From: a virus | Reading direction: 5' to 3' (one strand) | DNA: 64,000 nucleotides | IMG/VR virus record: IMGVR_UViG_3300043411_001639 | Location: 32,001-96,000 of that record | Shown here: positions 9,679 through 18,687 of the stretch, in pieces | How the letters are laid out: the number at the start of each line of letters is the position of its first letter | Numbering within the stretch: position 1 is the stretch's first letter | The notes under the pieces: generated by a model | Told to the model about the DNA's origin: nothing | The model's database searches: none | The model's input: the letters and a program-made list of their open reading frames with translations, nothing else | Position numbers and translations under genes: made by a program

Positions 9679-9903
9679 ATGGAAATGTTTCCTTTTGATG
9701 ATACTCTCTGGCTTCCAGTAGTTTCAAAAATCTCTGATGTTGGGATTTTAAAACCACCAAAGTTTGATGAAGAAAACAATATGTGGGTGTGTACATTTAC
9801 ACATAATGAAACAAAAGAAACCAAGAAAACTTGGGGCGATGATGCTCCAACTTGTATAATCAGATTGTTTAAATTTCTATTCCCAGGCATTAAACCCTGG
9901 TAA
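9679..9903 (+). CDS. hypothetical protein
   Basis: GGAG RBS before ATG 9679. Confidence 0.7.
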   Translation: MEMFPFDDTLWLPVVSKISDVGILKPPKFDEENNMWVCTFTHNETKETKKTWGDDAPTCIIRLFKFLFPGIKPW

Positions 9904-9959
9904 AACAGTTGCAACCTGCTCTGGTACCTGCTAGAGTTGGAACTAGGGAGTACATCACC

Positions 9960-10304
9960 ATGTCTGTTCATCCTAAACACGCTTTGGAACGTGCTTCTGA
10001 AAGATATGGAATAGTTCTCAACAACCAGGATATTATCAACATGGAAAGGTTGATCATGGAGGGGAAAGACAAACCTTACTGGTTTATTCGGGATGGAATC
10101 AAAACCAGATTTCTTCCTCCTATTCATGATTTTCTCCGACGTGGTGATAAAAGTACCAACCAGCGGATTGCTGGTGAAGTGTATTACCGTGGTAAGTGGT
10201 TTATCTATATCTTTCGTACTTCTGTGAATGAGATTGTTACTCTAATGCATCCTAAAACCAAGTTCAACTCTGAGGGTTGTACTATCACCAAAAACCTGCA
10301 CTAA
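9960..10304 (+). CDS. hypothetical protein (HAxERxxER motif)
   Basis: promoter 9909, GGGAG RBS, ATG 9960. Confidence 0.75.
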   Translation: MSVHPKHALERASERYGIVLNNQDIINMERLIMEGKDKPYWFIRDGIKTRFLPPIHDFLRRGDKSTNQRIAGEVYYRGKWFIYIFRTSVNEIVTLMHPKTKFNSEGCTITKNLH

Positions 10305-10392
10305 CATAAAAAAGAACACACAAATAATTGCTTAGTATAGTGTTTCAAGGTTTTTGTAAACAGGTTACTACTCACATCAAGATTGGAAACTA

Positions 10393-10605
10393 TTGATCAT
10401 GTTTATGGCAGGGGTGAGAAATGCAGGAAAACTTCAATCAACTTCAATCAGAGTGTTTGATGTAGTTGAGCAAGCTATTGAATATGGCAAAGATAAACCC
10501 TCATTCATGTATCAAGGGTTTATCTGGGAATTGTTTACAAACAGAAAACCCAAACTAATCTATTCCTTCTACAAAAAGAAATTCATGAAAAAGAATCATG
10601 TATAA
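10393..10605 (+). CDS. hypothetical protein
   Basis: ORF track; start uncertain. Confidence 0.55.
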   Translation: MIMFMAGVRNAGKLQSTSIRVFDVVEQAIEYGKDKPSFMYQGFIWELFTNRKPKLIYSFYKKKFMKKNHV

Positions 10606-10789
10606 AATTATCAGGTTTTATTCAAATCCTTCAATCCCTAATAGAACAGTTCAAACTGGCCTAACTCTAGAACAAGCACAACGCCATTGTTCCGATCCCA
10701 ATTCCAGTTATAAAACCTGTACTACTAAAACAGGAAGAGCAAGAACAAAAGCTAATGGACCTTGGTTTGATGGATATACAAGACAATGA
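10598..10789 (+). CDS. conserved small phage protein (YKIIRFY..GLTLEQAQxHC..WFDGY)
   Basis: motif typical of phage early proteins. Confidence 0.7.
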   Translation: MYKIIRFYSNPSIPNRTVQTGLTLEQAQRHCSDPNSSYKTCTTKTGRARTKANGPWFDGYTRQ

Positions 10790-11031
10790 CATATTGTTAT
10801 GAATTTGAAAATCAATGTGATGGAGTTGAAAACATCTGGATAACCACTGAGAGCTTCTGGAATACTCACGGATATTTCTCCGATCAGGAAAGAGGTAAGG
10901 AATTTCCTCTGGCAATACAACACCTCCTAGTGAATATTAGTGAGGCATGTTTTGAACTACGAAAACCGTATACCAAACAAGAGTTTATTAACCTAGCCAA
11001 CCTCTTAGGATGGAAACATGTTGGTGTTTGA
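10786..11031 (+). CDS. hypothetical protein
   Basis: ATGA overlap. Confidence 0.65.
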   Translation: MTYCYEFENQCDGVENIWITTESFWNTHGYFSDQERGKEFPLAIQHLLVNISEACFELRKPYTKQEFINLANLLGWKHVGV

Positions 11032-11269
11032 ACTAGAACTATTCCAGCATGTAAACAACCAACAGAAGTTCTCCGTTGAACTATGGGGAGATGATGTTCT
11101 TGATAAAGCTAAGTTTTGGTATGATACCATGAAACTAAATGGTCCTGTATATGTTACAGTTAAATCAGACTGTAACTGTATAACCAAAACACCTATTCAA
11201 CTAAAAATACTTCCAGGTAATGTTTGGTGTACTAGACGTCAGTTGCATACCTGGACTGTATCAGTCTAA
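11018..11269 (+). CDS. hypothetical protein
   Basis: ORF track. Confidence 0.6.
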   Translation: MLVFELELFQHVNNQQKFSVELWGDDVLDKAKFWYDTMKLNGPVYVTVKSDCNCITKTPIQLKILPGNVWCTRRQLHTWTVSV

Positions 11270-11383
11270 TCAACTTTGTTTCAGACAACCCAACGATTAG
11301 CTGAACTAATCTCGTTGCAACCCTCTGTGAGTCGTGGTAGTGTCAGGTTGTCAGTCGGGCAGAGCAACAGAGGAACTAATTCA

Positions 11384-11800
11384 ATGATCACTCCTGCACA
11401 GCAAAAGCGTATTGATGAGAAGCTCGCGCGTCAGGAACGAATCCGTAAGGAAGAGGAGAATCAGAGAATCGCAAAAGAAAAGCGGATGTCTGAAGAAACT
11501 CAACGTCTTCAGGCAATCGTAAGGTTTACCGAAAAATGCAATGGTATGGGAGATTTCAAGTTCTCCCATCACAGCATTCAGCGCGTGATGGAATTTAATG
11601 ATTTTGGGAATGGTTACGGAGAGTTTTATTTTTCATGCGATGATAAACCTGTTGTTGGGTTTTCTGATATCAAGCGTATTTCTGAGTTCCTTGGAACTGA
11701 AAACATCAGCATCAAGACCAACTGCGTACTGATTTCTCTGGATGATGACGATTCTTATAAGAAGGTATATACCCTTTGTGTTGAAGTGGGCTGGATCTAA
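11384..11800 (+). CDS. hypothetical protein, coiled-coil plus FxC..ISxxLGT family
   Basis: promoter 11315, GAGGA RBS, ATG 11384. Confidence 0.8.
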   Translation: MITPAQQKRIDEKLARQERIRKEEENQRIAKEKRMSEETQRLQAIVRFTEKCNGMGDFKFSHHSIQRVMEFNDFGNGYGEFYFSCDDKPVVGFSDIKRISEFLGTENISIKTNCVLISLDDDDSYKKVYTLCVEVGWI

Positions 11801-11892
11801 CAAACCAGTTGCAACGTGTCGGAGAGTCTGCTAGAGTCAGGGTGTAGCAGGGCAGTGAGAGATAAGACACCAACCAACAAGAGGAAAACATC

Positions 11893-12051
11893 ATGGAAAC
11901 CACCACCATCCGTTTCAAGTTCAAGCACCAGAACAACGTTCGTATCGTGGAAACCTCTTCTGTCAATGGTTTCAAGGGGTGTCTGGAACTCGCAATTGGT
12001 GAACTCGGCTGGAGCAATCCTTCAATCGTGTGGTTCGTGGAGAAGAACTAA
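11893..12051 (+). CDS. small hypothetical protein (52 aa, METTTIRFKFKH..)
   Basis: promoter 11809, GAGGA RBS; translated by hand. Confidence 0.7.
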   Translation: METTTIRFKFKHQNNVRIVETSSVNGFKGCLELAIGELGWSNPSIVWFVEKN

Positions 12052-12126
12052 AACCAGAGTTGCAACCCTTCGGCGAGTGTGCTAGAGTCTGAGTGTAGCA
12101 AGGCAACCAACCTGGAGACAAGAATC

Positions 12127-12324
12127 ATGCAGGTAAACATCAAGCACGGTTACTGGACTTATCAGGGTTCTGTCAGTGATATTGGTGAAGTAACCAACGT
12201 CAAGGTGTTCAACGGTCGTGAACCTTATGTTTCTTCTGAAGAGGAGCTCACCGAAATTCAGGATCTTCTCTTCTCTGCTTCTAAGGGATCACGGTTTGCG
12301 GGAATGACCGTAACCCTGACCTAG
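12127..12324 (+). CDS. hypothetical protein
   Basis: promoter 12060, GGAG RBS. Confidence 0.7.
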   Translation: MQVNIKHGYWTYQGSVSDIGEVTNVKVFNGREPYVSSEEELTEIQDLLFSASKGSRFAGMTVTLT

Positions 12325-12405
12325 AGAGGAAACAACACCATGAAGATGGCAACTGGTCCTCCCTGAACTAACAAGAACTCAAGGCTGATAGATATATAAA
12401 CACAA

Positions 12406-12490
12406 GCTGGGATGGTGGAACGGTAGACACCGGGGCCTTAAAAGCCCTTGCTCTGAAAAGAGCGTGCGAGTTCAAGTCTCGCTCTCAGCA
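12406..12490 (+). tRNA. tRNA-Leu(TAA)
   Basis: GCTGGGA/TCTCAGC acceptor; GGGGC-CTTAAAA-GCCCT anticodon arm; long variable arm; TTCAAGT T-loop. Confidence 0.92.
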
Positions 12491-12526
12491 CTATATTCAA
12501 AACCCGAACGAACAAGGAGAAAAACA

Positions 12527-12712
12527 ATGAGTCATCCGCGCGAAAACGTCATGGTCGTCACAGTTCTGGTTTTCTGCAATCCCGCAGACAAGTCTCAAAC
12601 CTCCGAACACGCGGTTTACGGGGATAGAGCCTACGAACGGGTAAAGAAGGAAATGGCAGATCTGGGTTGGGAAATCAAGGAAGAATTCGGTCGCGCAGTA
12701 GAATTCCGGTAA
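12527..12712 (+). CDS. hypothetical protein
   Basis: AAGGAG RBS, ATG 12527. Confidence 0.7.
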   Translation: MSHPRENVMVVTVLVFCNPADKSQTSEHAVYGDRAYERVKKEMADLGWEIKEEFGRAVEFR

Positions 12713-12726
12713 TAGTTTGATCATAT

Positions 12727-12798
12727 GCAGGGAACCCTCTGGTTGGGGGAGCGACTCTTATAAAGTCGTCATGGTGGGTTCAATTCCCACTCCCTGTA
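12727..12798 (+). tRNA. tRNA-Ile(TAT)
   Basis: GCAGGGA/TCCCTGT acceptor; CGACT-CTTATAA-AGTCG anticodon arm; GTGGG-TTCAATT-CCCAC T-arm; D-arm atypical. Confidence 0.8.
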
Positions 12799-12805
12799 CT
12801 AATAA

Positions 12806-12840
12806 ACCCTAAGTCGGTGGTTCAAATCCACCCTGGCGGA
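12806..12840 (+). pseudogene. orphan tRNA 3' half (T-arm plus acceptor strand)
   Basis: GGTGG-TTCAAAT-CCACC-CTGGCGGA with no matching 5' half upstream. Confidence 0.6.
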
Positions 12841-12914
12841 CTAAACAAAAGAATAGAGTTGCAACCTGTCTCGTGACCTGCTAGAGTCTGAGTGTAGCAA
12901 GGGAGACAGACAAG

Positions 12915-13103
12915 ATGACAAAAGAAAAGGAACTGGAAGTAGAGTGTACTTCATGTGGGTGTGAGCTTCTCATCACTCCAAGTCTTCAACCTGGAACTAC
13001 AAAGAAGGGACACTGTTGGTTTTTTGGTGAATATGACCCTGTTCTGATTCCTCTCGGTTCATATCTCTGTGACTTCTGCGAAGATCACTTTCATAGAGAT
13101 TAG
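12915..13103 (+). CDS. small zinc-finger protein
   Basis: CTSC..CDFC; promoter 12859, GGGAG RBS. Confidence 0.75.
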   Translation: MTKEKELEVECTSCGCELLITPSLQPGTTKKGHCWFFGEYDPVLIPLGSYLCDFCEDHFHRD

Positions 13104-13109
13104 ATAGAC

Positions 13110-13314
13110 TTGTGACAGTGCGGACCCAATGATCTTGGATAAGACGCTCCTTAACCGGAAGTTTCTTTAGGTGATCTAGCATCATCCCTCAACTAAGTCA
13201 AACTAGCTGCGACTGAGGTTGAGTGTTAAGAAACATGTCACAAAACCTCAATGGCGAGAGGGATACTTAAAAGTTGTGTGGTTTTAGCCCATCTAACCCA
13301 CCAACTGCCATTGA
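13110..13314 (+). ncRNA. candidate structured ncRNA of unknown family
   Basis: nested helices TTGTGACA/TGTCACAA, GTTTCTT/AAGAAAC, CTCAAC/GTTGAG, AGTC/GACT; second domain TCAATGGC/GCCATTGA; lies directly before tRNA-Arg. Confidence 0.5.
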
Positions 13315-13319
13315 ACAAT

Positions 13320-13393
13320 GCTCCCGTAGCCTAGTGGATTCAGGCGCCTGTCTTCTAAACAGGTCTACGTAGGTTCAATTCCTACCGGGAGTG
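13320..13393 (+). tRNA. tRNA-Arg(TCT)
   Basis: GCTCCCG/CGGGAGT acceptor; CCTGT-CTTCTAA-ACAGG anticodon arm. Confidence 0.92.
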
Positions 13394-13431
13394 CTAACTG
13401 CTAATCCTCATAAACAACAGGAGTCTGTTCA

Positions 13432-13893
13432 ATGAATTACGCCCACGCTGTTCTGTCAATGGATCAATTCATGGCAACTGAGAACTTCCTTTCTCTCCCT
13501 GCTGAGAAGCGGATGAAGATTCTCCAGAAGCGTAATGTCTATCAGGTAAAGGCTGAAAAGGTTGCTTTCCTTCATGCTCAGGAAAAGGCACGATATGAAG
13601 CAAACAAGATCAGAGCTCTGAACATCGTAAACATCCTCAAGATGAGGGAAGGTCTTCAGGATAAACTTCGGGCTACACTTAACAAGTGTGTTCGGGTAAA
13701 CTTCTGGAACTCACCCGAAGACGCAGAACAGAACGGTCATTCTGGGGTTGTTGAGATTGACGCTCCAATGTTGTTTAAGAGTGATTTCACTACCCTGAAT
13801 GATGTCTTTGAAGATTATGATTTTGTTACTGCGGGGAATGATAGTTTTGTTGTTGAGTTCAAGAACAGTCAGATCTTTGATTGGGAGCTGTGA
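13432..13893 (+). CDS. hypothetical protein sharing its N-terminus with 15214 and 15942
   Basis: AGGAG RBS; FMATENFLSLP resembles FSETAEYLTLP. Confidence 0.8.
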   Translation: MNYAHAVLSMDQFMATENFLSLPAEKRMKILQKRNVYQVKAEKVAFLHAQEKARYEANKIRALNIVNILKMREGLQDKLRATLNKCVRVNFWNSPEDAEQNGHSGVVEIDAPMLFKSDFTTLNDVFEDYDFVTAGNDSFVVEFKNSQIFDWEL

Positions 13894-13896
13894 AAC

Positions 13897-14103
13897 ATGA
13901 AACCCACTACCTGTTATCCCGACTATGGTTGTTTCTGCACTGGATTGTGTGATTCAGCAGAAACCCTAACTCCTGATTGCCTTGACTGTCAAGGAGAAAA
14001 GAAAATCAACAATACTTGGTGTCGTAGTTGTGATGCAGCAGGTTATTATTGGATAGAACAATGGTTCCCCTGTGGAACAAACAACAAACAGTGCAATGAT
14101 TAA
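13897..14103 (+). CDS. Cys-rich protein (DnaJ-like CxxCxG)
   Basis: CLDCQG..CRSCDAAG. Confidence 0.65.
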   Translation: MKPTTCYPDYGCFCTGLCDSAETLTPDCLDCQGEKKINNTWCRSCDAAGYYWIEQWFPCGTNNKQCND

Positions 14104-14296
14104 TAATAACAAGATTAGCTACTTTAAACAACTTGACGCATTCAGTCCGTTTACTAGTGAAGACAATGTTCCATTACTTTCTCTAGAAGAAAGAATTTTT
14201 CTTGATAAAAAACACTATCAAGTGGTTGATATCAATGAGTATGATGATTGTGTGATCTATACTGTAAAGCTCATTAAATGTACTGGAAAACCATGA
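14096..14296 (+). CDS. hypothetical protein
   Basis: ORF track; ATG 14096. Confidence 0.6.
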   Translation: MINNNKISYFKQLDAFSPFTSEDNVPLLSLEERIFLDKKHYQVVDINEYDDCVIYTVKLIKCTGKP

Positions 14297-14544
14297 CCAA
14301 ACAAGAATATATCTATGTGCTCGTAGTGTTGTTTCTAACACTGGTTACTTGTGTAACAGTTAGTATTACTGGAGTTGATGGTCTTCCAGTTCAAGTTCTA
14401 ACTGTTCTTGTTTTTATAGCTCTGTTCAATGGTCAATACCTGATTAGTTTGGTTTTGAAGTATCTAAAACTATGGAAACATACGACCCAAGAGAACGTGC
14501 TAGAGAAAAACAAAGATCAAGAGATCAAGACGCTGAAGATCTAA
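14293..14544 (+). CDS. small membrane protein (2 TM)
   Basis: two hydrophobic stretches; ATGA overlap. Confidence 0.6.
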   Translation: MTKQEYIYVLVVLFLTLVTCVTVSITGVDGLPVQVLTVLVFIALFNGQYLISLVLKYLKLWKHTTQENVLEKNKDQEIKTLKI

Positions 14545-14660
14545 GAACTGGAAAGAAAACTAGAGAACAGCTAACCAAAGAAAACTCACCGTTCTCAGGT
14601 TTAGTTCTAAAGGTTGATTTCACTAAAACAGGACTACCAGGATATAGGAAAACAAAATGA
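14472..14660 (+). CDS. hypothetical charged protein
   Basis: REKQRSRDQD..LRTGKKTREQL..EN; overlaps previous ORF. Confidence 0.6.
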   Translation: METYDPRERAREKQRSRDQDAEDLRTGKKTREQLTKENSPFSGLVLKVDFTKTGLPGYRKTK

Positions 14661-14908
14661 TCAAAGATCTTCTCCCAGGTTATTCATTTCCAAGAATGTC
14701 TTGTTACAAGTTTGTTGAGGAAAACGCAAAACAAGGTTCAATCATTTTCACCTGTTTTAATGAAACAGGTAGAGTTGAGATTAGTTTATCAGACCTAAAA
14801 CGTCTAGCGGAACATATCAACGCTGAACATCTTGCTGTTTCAAGAATTCACCTTGAAGACAACTACCATGGTGAATGGCAGATTGTAGTTAAATACCGTC
14901 TTTACTAA
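14657..14908 (+). CDS. hypothetical protein (C-terminal domain of the 11384 family)
   Basis: IFTCF..ISLSDLKRLAE. Confidence 0.65.
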   Translation: MIKDLLPGYSFPRMSCYKFVEENAKQGSIIFTCFNETGRVEISLSDLKRLAEHINAEHLAVSRIHLEDNYHGEWQIVVKYRLY

Positions 14909-14974
14909 CAAACCTGTTGCAACCTACTCCGCAACCTGTTAGTGTCGGGTTGTCAGTCAACCAGGAGTTATTCA

Positions 14975-15211
14975 ATGACAAACAGAAACTCTGATAAGTC
15001 CTCTGAAACCGCAAGTCTGATCAAAAACATTCTTCAGGCGTTTAAAGATCAGGGTCTTGACGAGGGTACTTTGGGGAATTTTGAGGTGTTTCTGGAGTAT
15101 TCAAATCTGGAAGATCCCAGCATTCCTCCCACTGGTCTTTCTATGACCATGATGGGAAAGTATATTCAGGGAAGTCTGTTTGCTCTCAATCTCGTTCAAA
15201 ACTGGTGGTAA
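14975..15211 (+). CDS. hypothetical protein
   Basis: promoter 14917, AGGAG RBS. Confidence 0.75.
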   Translation: MTNRNSDKSSETASLIKNILQAFKDQGLDEGTLGNFEVFLEYSNLEDPSIPPTGLSMTMMGKYIQGSLFALNLVQNWW

Positions 15212-15213
15212 TC

Positions 15214-15705
15214 ATGGCTCAATCTCTGAAAGAACTTCTGGCATTCTCTGAAACTGCGGAGTACCTCACCCTTCCCAACAAGAACCAAGGTGCTATTCTT
15301 TCAAAGATCACACGTCTTCAAACACAAGAAGCTCATAATCTGCGTGAACAAGAAAAAGAGAAGGCAAGGATTCTTCGCCAAAAAGCAGAAGATGATGTTT
15401 TTAATGCTCTGAGAACCAAGAGCATTCAAGAAATCTCTTCTGTGATGAAAGGATTTATTCCGATCTATTCCTTCCATAATCCCGTTCCGTTTACTGTTAA
15501 TTTTCTTAGAGGTAACAACGGAAACGTTACATTTAACTGTGATAGCGAGCCTCATTTCTCATACAAAGATCTTCGGGAACTTTCAAAGAGACTCGGGACT
15601 GATACCATTACCTTCTCTAGTAAAAAACACACCACCAGATATGATCTGGACTATGACAACAACTGGACGTTTACTATCTGTTTCCCTTGGAACAAGGGAG
15701 TGTAA
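15214..15705 (+). CDS. hypothetical protein, 11384 family
   Basis: VTFNCDSEP..LSKRLGT. Confidence 0.8.
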   Translation: MAQSLKELLAFSETAEYLTLPNKNQGAILSKITRLQTQEAHNLREQEKEKARILRQKAEDDVFNALRTKSIQEISSVMKGFIPIYSFHNPVPFTVNFLRGNNGNVTFNCDSEPHFSYKDLRELSKRLGTDTITFSSKKHTTRYDLDYDNNWTFTICFPWNKGV

Positions 15706-15716
15706 AATAACTAAAC

Positions 15717-15929
15717 ATGGCTAAAATAGTACAAGAAGAAAGAAACCCTGTTATCCGTTGTTGTCAAGCTGTTGGACATAGAGTTAGAGGTTGTTTCTGT
15801 TTGTTTGAAGTTGAACCAGGAGATATTAAAACATCAACTGATAGTGATGGAGACACAACCCATTATTGTTATTGTCCAAACTGCAAAACAACTCTGTATC
15901 CAGCTTGGCAACTTCCAAACATCGGTTAA
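15717..15929 (+). CDS. zinc-ribbon protein
   Basis: CC..GC..CPNC. Confidence 0.7.
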   Translation: MAKIVQEERNPVIRCCQAVGHRVRGCFCLFEVEPGDIKTSTDSDGDTTHYCYCPNCKTTLYPAWQLPNIG

Positions 15930-15941
15930 ACCAAAGAAACA

Positions 15942-16514
15942 ATGATCATGGCTAACGAAGCTTTTCTGATCAAAAGAATCTCAGAACTTGAAGAGTTTAC
16001 ACAGACTACTAAGTTTAAGGATAATCCTCAAGAGTTCAAAGATAAAATCTTTGGTGCTCTAGAAACAATGAAACAGAAACTGATTAAAGAAAAAGCTCTA
16101 GCTCCCGTACGTGCTCTCCGCCGTGCTGAACAGGAGAGGATTGATAAAATCCGTTCTGAACAGTTAGAAAAACAAGACAAAGAGCGTCAACAGCTTGAAC
16201 TGTCATACAAAGCTAATTTGATCAATGTAAAAAAAGACGTTGAACGTCGTATGGAAGGATTCACATTCCAAGGGATGGAATCCATGAAAATCGTACCAGA
16301 AAGCTACACAACACAGTATGTCGGGAATATTGTGTTTAACTGTTATTCTGAACCTGATTTTAACTTTGAAGTTCTTAGTGAGATTTCTAAGAGACTTGAA
16401 ACCCGCAAACTGAACATCAACAACTCTTTTGTTTCAAACCCTGGTTGTGATAGTTGCCATCATGGACGTGAATGGGAATTCTCTGTTTCATTTAGCTGTG
16501 AACATCAACTATGA
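15942..16514 (+). CDS. hypothetical protein, 11384 family
   Basis: IVFNCYSEP..ISKRLET..GCDSC. Confidence 0.8.
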   Translation: MIMANEAFLIKRISELEEFTQTTKFKDNPQEFKDKIFGALETMKQKLIKEKALAPVRALRRAEQERIDKIRSEQLEKQDKERQQLELSYKANLINVKKDVERRMEGFTFQGMESMKIVPESYTTQYVGNIVFNCYSEPDFNFEVLSEISKRLETRKLNINNSFVSNPGCDSCHHGREWEFSVSFSCEHQL

Positions 16515-16744
16515 AACTAACTCTAAAAGAAATAACAGATCAGTGTTATGTTGAAACTACTAGGATTTTTAGAGTTCAGTGGTTAAAAGATTCAGCTCTT
16601 GATCTTAAAGAAGTTGTTGATTTTGCTAAGAATATAGCAATTCCAAAACAGTTTAAACTAGAAAACTGGACTGATTGTACATTTGTTCGTGGGGCCGATT
16701 CTCAAGATATTGAAGTGTTTTATATAACTTATACTTTTAAATGA
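16511..16744 (+). CDS. hypothetical protein
   Basis: ATGA overlap. Confidence 0.65.
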   Translation: MKLTLKEITDQCYVETTRIFRVQWLKDSALDLKEVVDFAKNIAIPKQFKLENWTDCTFVRGADSQDIEVFYITYTFK

Positions 16745-16807
16745 ACAACTCAGTTGTTTCAGACAATTTCTGTTGCAACCACTGCCCGAACCTGCTAAGG
16801 TAGGACT

Positions 16808-17029
16808 ATGAAGCTGACCAAGACTGAATCGGCAATCATCATGGCACTGAAAGGTATGCTAGAACCTTTCGTGGGAAAGTCAGGTGTGCTTTACTATCTC
16901 CGACAGATCGTTTGTTGTGTGGAAAACAACGATCGTCATGGGATGAAGTGCAGTGTTGGATACTTGTCCAACATAGACGATGAACGTAAAAATCCCGCAA
17001 ACAACTGGAAGGAAGACTATGAAGCCTGA
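16808..17029 (+). CDS. hypothetical protein, likely leaderless; paralogue of 17019
   Basis: ATG 6 nt after -10 box; LTKTESAII resembles LSNTEKMVL. Confidence 0.75.
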   Translation: MKLTKTESAIIMALKGMLEPFVGKSGVLYYLRQIVCCVENNDRHGMKCSVGYLSNIDDERKNPANNWKEDYEA

Positions 17030-17261
17030 TCCAAACAAATATCTCGGTCCTGTTGTTGACTTTCAGGTCAACACCAAAAAACAACTTTCCAACACTGAAA
17101 AGATGGTTCTCAGTGCTGCTATTGGGGCATTGACAGGTGCTCGTTACTATGCGGGTGAATCCCGTGTTCTTTCTTTCACTCAAGAGCTTCTCTGTAACAT
17201 TCGTGACTCCGATGTTGAAGGTGCAAAGCATCACTTCAACAAACTGATTTCTCTTCTCTAG
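17019..17261 (+). CDS. hypothetical protein
   Basis: GAAGGA RBS. Confidence 0.7.
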   Translation: MKPDPNKYLGPVVDFQVNTKKQLSNTEKMVLSAAIGALTGARYYAGESRVLSFTQELLCNIRDSDVEGAKHHFNKLISLL

Positions 17262-17274
17262 AAGGAATCAAGCC

Positions 17275-17511
17275 ATGATCGTAGAACACGGCAAAGAAAA
17301 CGGTTATCCTCAGATCACTGTTTTCAAGTATGATGTGGACGGGAACAAAGTTCCTGTTCTTACGGTCTATGAATTCGGAAACGGGATGAGGTTCAATCAT
17401 TCTGGAGGAACTGGTAACAACTTCTATCATCCTCGTTCTGTTTGGCCCTGTGATTGGGCGCATCTTTTCCGTTGCCGCTATCCCGGTTGTGAAGTTGAAA
17501 CAAAGGAATAA
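17275..17511 (+). CDS. hypothetical protein
   Basis: AAGGA RBS. Confidence 0.7.
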   Translation: MIVEHGKENGYPQITVFKYDVDGNKVPVLTVYEFGNGMRFNHSGGTGNNFYHPRSVWPCDWAHLFRCRYPGCEVETKE

Positions 17512-17514
17512 ATA

Positions 17515-17808
17515 ATGCTCGTACCTACTCCTGAAATGCTTAAACAAGCTCTGGAAATCATCAACAAGTTTTCGCCAATTCCAGAGGGCGATGTTGTTAA
17601 CAACCTTCCTGAAGGAAAGATTAACTTCAGCAACGGTGGTCGTTTGCTTTATAGTAACGCTCACGGTTTCAGGTTTGATTTTGTTCCTTTTGATCTGGTA
17701 GAAGGCAAAGGTTTCGTTCGTTATTTTCCAGATGAACAAACTAACTTCTACTGTGATGTTGTTTATATGATCAACAACAGGTTTCTCAACAAACAACTCT
17801 CCTGGTAA
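17515..17808 (+). CDS. hypothetical protein
   Basis: AAGGA RBS. Confidence 0.7.
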   Translation: MLVPTPEMLKQALEIINKFSPIPEGDVVNNLPEGKINFSNGGRLLYSNAHGFRFDFVPFDLVEGKGFVRYFPDEQTNFYCDVVYMINNRFLNKQLSW

Positions 17809-17815
17809 TAAAACA

Positions 17816-18007
17816 ATGACTGAACCTAAAACTCTTCAAGAAGTTGAACAAGAACTAGCAGAGATCTATGAAAGAACGTTCGGGATTTACAGGGATCTGA
17901 TGAAACACTCAGAAACTAAACTCCCTGACGCTAAACCTTTCATCGCAATGCGTCAAGCTATCTCTGCAATTCAAATGGAAACAATCAGACTCAGGAACGG
18001 GAAGTAG
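17816..18007 (+). CDS. hypothetical protein
   Basis: ORF track. Confidence 0.65.
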   Translation: MTEPKTLQEVEQELAEIYERTFGIYRDLMKHSETKLPDAKPFIAMRQAISAIQMETIRLRNGK

Positions 18008-18012
18008 AAACA

Positions 18013-18279
18013 ATGGTGGTTAACCGCACACAAGAACTTACTGATTACTTGGATCAACACGTAGTTGAGATGGTTTATCCGCCTGGATTCAAGTCAAGAG
18101 GTAGGATCTTCATTATGGCTTATAATGAGTGTTTCCCTGATGTTTCAAGATCTTGGCTAGAAACTTATATCAGGGCCACTTATCTTCCTGAGAAATATGG
18201 AATCAACGAAGAGAAAGTTGATACAATCTATGGATCTATGACAGCAACAGAAGTTGTAACTTGGTTCAAAGTTTACTGA
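18013..18279 (+). CDS. hypothetical protein
   Basis: ORF track. Confidence 0.65.
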   Translation: MVVNRTQELTDYLDQHVVEMVYPPGFKSRGRIFIMAYNECFPDVSRSWLETYIRATYLPEKYGINEEKVDTIYGSMTATEVVTWFKVY

Positions 18280-18302
18280 AAACACAAGAAAGATAAAACA
18301 TC

Positions 18303-18680
18303 ATGTACGGGATTAAGAACAACAACGGTAAAACCATTCGTGGTATGTGGACAAATCTTTTGGATGCACGCGCCAGGGCTTGTCAACTTAGCCATTTAGA
18401 CAACTATATCTGGAAAGTAGTTAGTGGGGATCAAGTTCTGTGTTTGTTCCAGAATGGAAAAGAGATTATCCAAGATCTGTCTAAAGAAGAACGTGAACTA
18501 GCAACTGCTATTCATGGAAAACTCTGCCGCTACAACCATGAAGATCAGTGTGATTGGTTTTATGGTGATAGATGGGATCAAGAGTTTACTGCAAAACATG
18601 AGTATCTAAAGAAAGCTCGTGCTATGCTTGATAACGGTATTGAGCTTAATCAAGCAATGAAAGTTATCACCAACCTGTAA
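18303..18680 (+). CDS. hypothetical protein; N-terminus paralogous to 18914
   Basis: GKTIRGMWTNLLDARARA resembles GETLKGRWKYLLKAKERA. Confidence 0.75.
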   Translation: MYGIKNNNGKTIRGMWTNLLDARARACQLSHLDNYIWKVVSGDQVLCLFQNGKEIIQDLSKEERELATAIHGKLCRYNHEDQCDWFYGDRWDQEFTAKHEYLKKARAMLDNGIELNQAMKVITNL

Positions 18681-18687
18681 CAACATC

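Noticed and set aside
9909-14974. ORF-track TTG/GTG starts at 9909, 11276, 11816, 12079, 14942
   Set aside because: These starts fall inside promoter or operator cassettes; downstream ATGs with RBS are preferred, and 11816-12085 is probably spurious.
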